From assembly GCF_009914755.1 (NCBI RefSeq), contig NC_060948.1: a stretch of 64,000 bases of DNA; one strand, 5' to 3'. A program made the position numbers and the translations under genes. The notes below the pieces were generated by a model that searched no databases, was not told the DNA's origin, and worked only from the letters and a program-made list of their open reading frames with translations. Positions 1 through 9,430 of the stretch are shown in pieces. The number at the start of each line of letters is the position of its first letter. Position 1 is the stretch's first letter. This DNA is from the human T2T-CHM13v2.0 reference genome, Homo sapiens.

Positions 1-343
1 TACTAATTTTGTCTACATCATTATTCCCACACTTTAGTTTTTCAGAATTGATTCTGTTGTTTCTTTTCTAATTCTTTATTGAAATATCTAGTACATTAAT
101 TTTCAAGTTATTAGAGAAATATTTGTCTGTAAACTCCTATTGTAATATCACTTTTCTTGCTACTCACAGATTTAATCTTTAATATTGGCGGTATCATTGA
201 GTTCTAAGTACATTTCAATTCCTAGTATGATAATCTATGAATTGCTGAGAAATAGTGTTTACAATTTTGTTGTTCTATTTCCACTTAAGTTTATTTTTAC
301 TTCTGCTAACTCAATTGAAAATTCTTTACTAATTTTTAAAATC

Positions 344-458
344 CTTGAACCCAAGAGATGGAGGTTGCAGTGAGCTGAGATCAGGCCACTGCATTCCAGA
401 CTGAGTGACAGAGTGGAACGAGATTTCAAAACAAAACAAAACAAAACAAAACAAAACA
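344..458 (+). mobile_element. 5'-truncated Alu (right-arm 3' end) with (CAAAA)n tail; also at ~20661-20775, 40950-41064, 61235-61354
   Basis: cttgaacccaagagatggaggttgcagtgagctgagatc...ccactgcattccag matches the Alu right arm. The tail is one repeat longer in unit 4. Confidence 0.85.
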
Positions 459-2009
459 GTCACTGGAAAGATAATAAAATACATAAATGTGGGATGTAAT
501 ATGTAATCGTGATAAAATAAACTGGATTTTTTGTATAAGTTATACATATAAATGTAATGCCAAGACACTGATAAGACAACTCATGGTCTTATCTCAATAC
601 TTAGTGTCTTCATGTAACATATGTCCTTTAGGATAGTTATAGTCCGTTTTCTTTCCAGGAGAGACAGATGAGAATGCAGAAATGTTAAAGTGCAAGGGAC
701 GGAAGCTTCCAGCTGTGCCCACCTGTAACCTGACGTAGACAGTTCCACCGTTTGCTTCATTAATCATGCCAAAGGCTCTAATGCAAATGTGGTACAGAGT
801 CACATGTTTTTGTATCTACATGATAGAAACTATAACTTCATCCCTATATAGAAGGGTATATAGCATATGCCTCAGTGATAAATATAAGTGAATCATTGAT
901 CAGTAGGAAACCATTTTAAAAGTCTTTCATAACAGAACAAAATCCCTGAAAACATTTTCTTCTCAATCTCTGAGTTTTCTTACACGGCTTATGAATCTCT
1001 AGCCATACTAAAGAGATAGTATGCTGCTCTTCCCACAAATTATTCATTGTATATAATTCCTGTAATCTAATAACAGTACCTTTACACCTCAGGGTTTAAA
1101 ATGACTCCAACCTTTTTCTGTTTCTCCAATTAAAATAACTTTTTTAAGGTTTAATCTTCAGTAATTTTTTGTAGTAATATTTTTGAAGGTATTTGACCAG
1201 GATGATTTGCTTATATACCTACCTGACGTCTCCCTTTCTTCTGAATACATATTTTATTACCCACCTATTAGATCTAAGTTTAAGAAGTTGGAATAGGGAT
1301 TTAAATCTAAATTCTACATTTGAATTTACAGGAGTCAGCGAGTCCGGGAAGTGCCTTTATGCACAGACCAATATCTGGCAATGGCACTAGGAGACAAATA
1401 AGCTTTACCAGTCTCAAAGCCCTGGCTACTACAGTGAATCCACCCTTCTCCTGGATCTTATCTACTTCAGCAAAAGAAGGCCACCCACTAAACCAGGCCC
1501 TTGTACTTTGGGTGGAAACTCCTAAGTCCTCTAGTCTCCTCAAACAGACAGCCAGGCTGCCAATTTCCACAATAATAATTTCTATAGCACTGAGTCTTTG
1601 GTAGCCTTGTAACTATAGCTACTGATGCTACAGTCTGGTCCCTGTATGATAAAACACCAGAGCAACAGAAACAAAAATATTGACTGAAGCCTTCTAAAAT
1701 CTCTCTAAATATACCTTCAATAAATATCGTTTTTTTTTACAGAACGACTGCTTTCAGCTTCCTGAACGAACGCTTGGCCTTCGCTAGTTGTCACTGTTGA
1801 AATTGATTCAAAAGTGTACATTTAACATGAAAGTCAACACAGAATTTCATGTGTCAGCAACTAAAATTTTCAAAATGTTGCAAAATACAAATGTGAAACT
1901 GTATTTGTGAAATTTACCATTCATTGAAATTATATTTTCATACCTACCCAGGCACAGAATTTTTTATAACTGTCTGCATGTTCTCCTCATGTGGGGGAAA
2001 AACAGCATC

Positions 2010-2117
2010 AGCAGGCAGAGGAATCCTTTGAAGCTGGAGGGAGAGGTTGCAGTGATCTGAGAGTTTGCCACTTGACTGCAGCCTGGATGACACAGTGAGA
2101 CTCCAACTGAAAAGAAA

Positions 2118-2162
<45 letters not shown>

Positions 2163-2225
2163 AAAATTGATAAGTAAAAAAAAAATCCGTATTCGAAAAC
2201 ATGCTCACAGGCTAACTCCCATATC

Positions 2226-2274
<49 letters not shown>
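2010..2274 (+). repeat. Degenerate Alu right-arm fragment followed by two (AC)n microsatellites (~2121-2160 and ~2228-2274), length-variable between units
   Basis: gaggttgcagtga...ctgcagcctggatgacacagtgagactcca followed by AC tracts; equivalents at ~22330-22587, 42615-42875, 62905-63159. Confidence 0.8.
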
Positions 2275-2276
<2 letters not shown>

Positions 2277-2698
2277 TCCTTGAAAACGAAAGTTCCACAA
2301 GGGCGAAACAAGAAAACAAATTTAACACCCCCCAAAGAAAGTACGAAGAGTAACCTCAAAAGAACCGCAGGGGAAAACAATTCAAAATTTACAAGTATCT
2401 ACCCTAAAAGAAGCTGAAAGTCCCTCAAAAACTTTCCAGAGGCCATGTCCTTGTATTACAAAAATGATCATAAAAACTGGCAGGAGTAGACGAATAGAAA
2501 TGCATCTTAAAACTTGCTGAACACTTCAAGTCTCCCATAAGAATTGTAATGGAAAATGGATCAGTCGGCAGTTTTTTCCATACAATTATGAACAAATTAT
2601 ATTTCTTCATACATAGATTTGTTTTTTCAATATTCTAAGGAATTAACTTTTATATTAATAGTAGGTGATGTAAGAAAGCAGGCCTTTATCAAGATAAC

Positions 2699-5600
2699 TG
2701 ACACTGGATGTCCATACCATTACTCAGGTGGGCCTTAATTCCCAGCCAGGTTCCCTCCCTGGACACACACTGAAGGTCCCCAGCCATTTGGCAATCTCTT
2801 CACATTCCCAGCCCTGGAGGTAGCCCTAAAATACATGTACCTGAAGAAAATAAAACATTGCCTCACACTGGAGCCCAGTGTGGTCCTCCAGATTCCGTGT
2901 GAGGTGGACTAACTTATATGGGAAGGCAGGGCAGCGGGAGTGAGGATGGCAGAGAGGATTACACATGTCAAGGCAGCCGGGGTCATGGAAACAAAACATG
3001 ACTGGCCTGGGAGAAACACTGTGAAAGGACACAGACCTAGGTGGGCCTCAGGTGGACATCCTCGTGGAGAAAAAGGGGGCCCTGGTTGATCTCAAAATGA
3101 GCCCCAGGTGGTAGCAGGTCTTACCGCAGGGCAGGGAGCTGGCGAGTAATGATGAGACAGCTATCCCTTAAGCCCTGCTTGTCACCCACTGACTTTAGCC
3201 ACATATGCATCATAGTGGCTTAAGGTGCCCCGATCCTGAAATGTGGGTGTTACATGTCCCTGATGGGCCTCTCTCCCCCAACCCACGGATTGCCTGGGAT
3301 TGCTCACTGCAGTCTCCTCCCGGATCCTTGGGTTCTCCATGTGGGGCCCAGATCCAGGTCAAAAGGCCTCTCAGTTCCCAGCCCTTCCCAGCCCTAGGCT
3401 GCTCGCCTGGCCTCCTCTCTGTTCCGCCTCTAGGGCTGACCCTCTCTCCATGGGATAGAACTGCAATGGATTGAGCCATAGGCCCTGGCTGATGATCTAG
3501 GGGACTGCAGAAGTGGGTCCAGGACAGTTCAGGTGACAGTTCAAAGCCAATTCCCCAGAGACCAAGGAATGACCAGCTAGGTCCTTTCCCATGATGCCCC
3601 ACGGCGAACCCCACCTCAGCAATCCTGCCAAAACCCGGGCAGTCATGTTCAGCCAAACAGCTGAATGAGCTCAGGTAGGAGGTGTACTGCCTGCAGCTGG
3701 AGGCTTGACCTTCGTGATCCCAGAACCGCTGGACTGCAGTGGAATGAGACACCCTGTAGCCTGCAGGGAGAGGAGTCAGGAAGGTTCATGCCAGTCCCAC
3801 CCTCCCACACACCAGCTCCCCTACCATGCTGGGAGGCATTCCTTACCGAGGATGCCAACACAGTGCTCCTTCATGATGATTTCACTGTGGAAATAAAGGT
3901 TGGGATGAAAGGAAATCATCCTGCCACCGGTAACCGGGATGGCTGAGTTCCTCCACCTGCCGGATCAAGGAGAAAGAGGATGGATTCAATGGGACCATCT
4001 CAACTAGCCGGGCTGAGGTGGCCTACTAGCTGTAGTGAACCATGAGTTTCCCCTTCCCAGCTCTCCCACTGAGACAACCCTGGTCCCCAGGGGGACCTCA
4101 AACTGACTCAGACACTGGACTCCTCCCACAGACCCAGGCTCCCCAGCCTGACCTGCAAATCCATCACGTAGCAAAGCAGGACTTCCGCATGCTTTCCGAC
4201 CCACGCCGACATCTCGTGTGCCAAACAATCTACCTCTGCGCAAGAACTCTCCAGAGGATTGGGTGGGCAAGCCTCGTGACGCCTTGCAATTTCGCAAGAA
4301 CACAGACAATGTGGAACAGGGCCATCTCCCAGACATTTGGCCAGTCACCCTTCATTGTTGGCCCTCTATCTCTGTCTGGCGAGGAGGCAACGCCACAACT
4401 GTGGTGGTTTTTGGAGTGGGTGGACCCCGGCCAAGACGGCCTGGGCTGACCAGAGACGGGAGGCAGAAAAAGTGGGCAGGTGGTTGCAGCTGAGGGACGG
4501 GAGGGACCGGGGGTGGTGTGAGGCGGCTGCTTCTCTGAGTTTCTGAGATGCAGGAGGCCTTTGTGTGCTGGGTGCTGGACATGCTCCGCTGATGTCCGGG
4601 TGTGTGGTGTCCTCTTATCCTAGTCTCCCTGAGGGGTGGGCCTGTCCACCTGAGGGAAGCCTTGTAGTTAGAAGCCACAGCAGGGTCGTGCCTGGCGCTC
4701 TCCAAGGGAATTGCGTGGGTCCAGAGGAAGTTATACAGGCTCAGGGCCTACACGCCTTTGAGTGCAGCGCCTGCAGTTGGATGAATGCGCATCTGCGGAG
4801 CTGGTGCCCGCCGTCAGGTGGTCGGCAGCCCCATGCGCCGCGAACCCGTCTTAAGCACCTTGTGTTTCTGGGGTGAGCCTGCTGGAAACAGGCACCGAGA
4901 GCAGGGGTGGTTCAATGGCTGGTAATGGCATACAGATTCCCCGTCCTCCAGGGACGTTCCCAGGGAAACGCGTCCTTCGAATTTGGGCTGTGCGCAAAGG
5001 GACCTTGGCGCCGCGATTCTCCCTTGTCAGTGCTGGCCCTGGCTCCCCTTCCCTACCACGTGCTCCCAGGGCTGCTACAAGCGAGCTGCCCTCACAGCTG
5101 CGGGAACGTGGCCTCGGCTCCCACGCTGTCCCCCATCCCCTGCCTCCTGGCTGACCCCACGTGCCTCCCACCTGGCTCCTCCCCGCAAACAGCCCCCATA
5201 CCCCCCGAGGCCCGATGACTATCCCCTGCTGCCCGCCATCCCAAATCGGCAGCCGCAAGGATATGGCTCTGGCTCACAAGGCGGAGATGCTCTGTGGCCT
5301 GGGGCATTCACGGAGCCCAGCTCCAAGTGAAGGACCTCCAGCGAGTCCATTGACGGCCCCGGTGTGCTCGGTCCAGGGCCAGGCTGTGCCCGCTGGCCCT
5401 CCTTCTGCCACCCCACGTCGGGCTCCACCTCAACCACCACCTCCACCTCAGCCATGATGTCTTCCACCTTCAGCACCGCCTCCTCTTCCAAGGCCGCCTC
5501 CTTGCTCTGTACCCCGGCCGTCCTCTCCAGCATTGCCTCCAGCCTCAACACGGTTTTCTCCTGGGTGCTCCCACAGACCCTGGGCCTGCGCAGCCCAGCC

Positions 5601-5700
5601 CAGCCCAGCCCATGCCCCGCACCCGTAGGCTCTGGGGGCCCGCTCCCCAGCAGACCCGCTCCCTGCAAGACCCACGGGCGTCGCCCTGCTGTGAACCTGG
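2699..5700 (-). pseudogene. FAM197Y: Diverged unprocessed TSPY-family paralogue A, head-to-head with TSPY; exon homologues ~5700-5202, 4229-4153, 3956-3847, 3760-3615, 3496-3407; probably the FAM197Y/CYorf16 antisense unit
   Basis: Minus-strand translations align to TSPY exons 1-5: [18 protein letters not shown]; EMSAWVGKHAEVLLCYVMDLQ; VEELSHP...FHPNLYFHSEIIMKEH; GYRVSHSTAVQRFWD...GRIAE (146 nt, same length as TSPY exon 4); IISQGLWLNPLQFY. Exons 2 and 3 are frameshifted. The gene symbol rests on prior knowledge that an antisense unit lies in each TSPY repeat. Confidence 0.8.
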
Positions 5701-7300
5701 TCCCACACCTACGTGGACCCAGGTTTCCTGAGGAGCTCCGCTGGACCCGCAGATCCCGCACTGGCCAAAGGGCTCCGGTCCCCAGCAGGCTCAACTGCGC
5801 ACAGGAGCTCGGGAGCCAGAGGCCCCGGCCCTGGGCTTGCAGAGCCCCACCAACAGGCACCGCAACCGCTGCTGCGGGTGCGGGAGCCTCTGGGTCGTCA
5901 AGGCAGCGCACAACAGCGTGCGCGCAGGCCGACAATGGCCAACCCTGGCGGCTGGCCTCTGGTGTGCCCAGGGCATAGGACAAGAGGCCCTTTGGAATGC
6001 TCCTTGGAGTACAGCATCCTCAGGGAGGAAGCATGGTACTCGGAGCCTCTATTTGCCTCGACCTGTGAGAGTGTGTGCCGGGGCTCTGGCCTCTACAGCA
6101 GATCAATTCCACCTCAGCACCGGCAGGCGACTTTCCTCCCACGTGCCCGCCCCGATCACTTCCCCCAGGACACCCCTGCCGCCCTAGCCCCAGCAACCAG
6201 AGAGAGTTCTCTGCATCTGCTGTATTACCTCCGTACCATCTACCTGGCCTGCCTAACGAAGAGAGATGTTTCCTGTGTTCATGACACATAGAGATGTTCA
6301 TGGCTTGCCACACTGAGGATGTCAGGGCACAGGGCTGCCATGCCCACAATTCCAAAGGCCACGCAGCCCGCGTGTGCCCGGATGCCTAGCTACCCGGCAC
6401 AAGCTCCAAGGGCTTCTCGGAGGAGGCTTGGGCAGGGAAGGCGGGGGGTGGGGGGGCTGGAGATGCAGGCCCGCCAGTGGCTGTGCCGCCCAGGGAGACG
6501 CCCACCGCCCTCCCATTGATTGGCCACGACGGGAGGAAGTCGGCCTGGGTGCGGCCCCCCGGCCCTTCGCGCGCAGTCCCTTAGGGGGCGCCTGGAAGCC
6601 CGGCGCATGCGCCCTGAGGGCTCGCTGACCTATCGGGTGCCAGAGAGGCTGCGGCAGGGTTTCTGTGGCGTGGGTCGGGCAGCACAGGCCTTGGTGTGTG
6701 CGAGTGCCAAGGAGGGCACCGCCTTCAGGATGGAGGCTGTGCAGGAGGGGGCGGCCGGGGTGGAGAGTGAGCAGGCGGCTTTGGGGGAGGAGGCGGTGCT
6801 GCTGTTGGATGACATAATGGCGGAGGTGGAGGTGGTGGCGGAGGAGGAGGGCCTCGTGGAGCGGCGGGAGGAGGCCCAGCGGGCACAGCAGGCTGTGCCT
6901 GGCCCTGGGCCCATGACCCCAGAGTCTGCACTGGAGGAGCTGCTGGCCGTTCAGGTGGAGCTGGAGCCGGTTAATGCCCAAGCCAGGAAGGCCTTTTCTC
7001 GGCAGCGGGAAAAGATGGAGCGGAGGCGCAAGCCCCAGCTAGACCGCAGAGGCGCCGTCATCCAGAGCGTCCCTGGCTTCTGGGCCAATGTTGTATCCTT
7101 CTCAGTGTTTCTTCGGCCTTTCTAGTGGAGAGGTGCTCTCGGGGAAGTGTAAGTGACCGATGGGCAGCTCGGCGTCGATGTGACTCTTTGGGGAACAAAG
7201 GGGAGTTGCCACGGACCAATGTGGCTGTGGAAAGCCGGAGCAGGCGTGGGTACTATTGTCCTGCATGCGGCAGAGAAACCCTTGGTGATGCCGAGCAGCA
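4780..7300. promoter_or_regulatory. CpG island covering TSPY exon 1, paralogue A exon 1 and the intervening candidate bidirectional promoter
   Basis: Visibly high GC and CpG density relative to AT-rich flanks; GC-box-like sequence (ccaccgccc ~6502-6510) upstream of the ATG. Edges approximate. Confidence 0.8.
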
Positions 7301-9169
7301 GACGTTTGGGGCATCTTTTTGAAGAGCAGAAGCGAGTTCAGAGCGGAAGAGGTTTTTCAGTGAATGAAGCTATTTTTAAGGGAGTGTGATTGCTGCCCCT
7401 TGCTAGTCCGATCTGGGACTGGGCGTCTTCGGCTATAAGCAGATTCTGCCACTCCTCAGACACCAGCAAGTCTCTGCAAATCGCGCCTCCCCATGTCAGT
7501 GCAGTCAGCCTCAGAATCATACACCCTCTGTGAACACAGGAGGCCTTAGTTTACGGGGACGGGGAGGCGAAAGGAGATCATACATGGAAGCAGATCTGAG
7601 AAATCCCCTACCCCAGCCTCTGGGTGCTCTTAGGCCTTCTTCCCTGTTGCTCCTCGCTTTCCCTTCCATCGTGTGTAAAGTCTCTTTGACCTAAATCAGA
7701 TTGCAAACCACCCCCAGATGTCAGCCCTGATCACTGACGAAGATGAAGACATGCTGAGCTACATGGTCAGCCTGGAGGTGAGGCCAGGAAGACTGGGGCT
7801 AGAGGGTTTAGCGGGGGAGGGTAAGGGAAATAATTCATTCCTGTAAGCAAGAGTGAGCACCTCACCCGAAAACCTATCTAAGCTTTCTCCACCTTGTCCT
7901 GACAGGTGGGAGAAGAGAAGCATCCTGTTCATCTCTGCAAGATCATGTTGTTCTTTCGGAGTAACCCCTACTTCCAGAATAAAGTGATTACCAAGGAATA
8001 TCTGGTGAACATCACAGGTGACAGGTGGCTCCCAGGATGGGTAGTGGGAGGAAGATGGTGGGTGGATCATTGCCAACGGGATCCAGCCCCCTTCCCACAA
8101 AAACTCCTGTCTCTGTAGAATACAGGGCTTCTCATTCCACTCCAATTGAGTGGTATCCGGATTATGAAGTGGAGGCCTATTGCCGCAGACACCACAACAG
8201 CAGCCTTAACTTCTTCAACTGGTTCTCTGACCACAACTTCGCAGGATCTAACAAGATTGCTGAGGTGAGTCCTCACTGGGAAACATGAGGAATGACCCCG
8301 TGTGTTCCCAGCTGCTTGGGTCACCTTTCTGAGCCCTGATGAGGCCTTTCCCGATTGAGTCCCCTGACAGATCCTATGTAAGGACCTGTGGCGCAATCCC
8401 CTGCAATACTACAAGAGGATGAAGCCACCTGAAGAGGGAACAGAGACGTCAGGTGAGCCGTTAGTTGGCACTGGAGCTGTTTGATGCCCAGTATAAGGGG
8501 GTTGACACACCTGCCTATTCAGGGAGCCTGGGTGCTCATTTCAGAAATGTAGAAATTGAGGCTCCTTTCGTACATGTAGAAATTCCTTGAGAGGAAGACA
8601 GAGAGTGACAGAATCCAGGACGTTCATGGCATTGGGCTGAAAAGGCACGTTAGAGACTGCACTGCAAAGCGGGTGATAGCTGTGGAGTCTTAAGCCCAGT
8701 GAAGAATCGTCCATTTCCAGAATCAATGAGAAGTAAAGCTGAAAATCATTCAGTTCAGTCTGTGGCACTTGATTCCACGGCTGTCAACCCCACCGGCAGT
8801 CATCCCACCAACCCCATGAGATTGGGCTCCCTGAATGTGCGTCCTGGTCATCCTTGCCCCAAACCACAAAGGACTGTTTAGATTGATGGATTTCCTTAAG
8901 CTGTTGCCCCATCAGACTTGTGTGTGCTTTTAGGGCCCAGTGCATCTTGTTAGCTGACTCCCCTCACAGACAATACTGGGAATGGGGCAGGGATTGCGCA
9001 GAACAGTTTGTAACACGTGGTAGGAGGAAGTTTAAGGGATCACAAATGGGGAAGGGATATCCTTTTCTCAGCGGGCCCCACAATTGAAACATTGCAAAGT
9101 ATGGCTCAGAGAAAATGCGTTTTAACATGAGTTTGTGTTTCTCTAGGGGACTCCCAGTTGTTGAGTTGA
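6607..9169 (+). CDS. TSPY: Testis-specific Y-encoded protein (NAP/SET family), copy 1, 308 aa; coding exons 6607-7092, 7700-7777, 7906-8017, 8119-8264, 8371-8452, 9147-9169
   Basis: Translates [18 protein letters not shown]...FWANV|[10 protein letters not shown]...|[26 protein letters not shown]...|...KIAE|[14 protein letters not shown]...|GDSQLLS*. All introns are GT-AG and the exons sum to 927 nt with no internal stop. The paralogue number (TSPY1/3/4/8/10 etc.) cannot be assigned from sequence alone. Confidence 0.96.
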
Positions 9170-9339
9170 ATATGATGGAGCATCAGATTTTACCTAATAC
9201 AGCAGAACTCCTAAAAAGTTACAGCCATATGCAGGACGGCAGTACTCAGCATGGTCTTATGCACAGGAACTAAAGGAAAAAGAGATCGAGTCACAAAAAT
9301 TCAGGAAGAGGGGGTAAATGTGGATTGTATGGAATGAAA

Positions 9340-9345
9340 AATAAA
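9340..9345 (+). terminator. TSPY polyadenylation signal AATAAA followed by GT-rich downstream element
   Basis: AATAAA ~170 nt after the stop codon, then a (GT)n tract from ~9358. Confidence 0.8.
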
Positions 9346-9357
9346 CATTCTCAAGGA

Positions 9358-9395
9358 TGTGTGACTCTGTGTCTGTGTGTGTGTGTGTGTGTCTT

Positions 9396-9427
<32 letters not shown>
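9358..9427 (+). repeat. Interrupted (GT)n microsatellite downstream of the TSPY polyA signal
   Basis: Directly visible; shorter versions at ~29691-29752 and ~49959-50024. Confidence 0.9.

Positions 9428-9430
<3 letters not shown>

Noticed and set aside
1944-2283. CVCVCV / HTHTHT ORFs
   Set aside because: Translations of (AC)n microsatellites.
3847-4229. Compensating frameshifts (-1 in exon 2, -2 in exon 3) restoring a paralogue A protein
   Set aside because: The shifted frame hits TGA inside exon 2 (…GCT ACG TGA), so no full-length product results.
6520-6606. Apparent 29 aa N-terminal extension of TSPY copy 1 (201 aa ORF)
   Set aside because: It starts at TTG created by the promoter SNV, directly after a TGA; the ATG at 6607 is shared by all copies.
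5364-6981. Long overlapping ORFs (204, 192, 219 aa) in the CpG island
   Set aside because: Antisense or shifted-frame shadows of GC-rich exon 1 sequences, low complexity, no recognisable domain.
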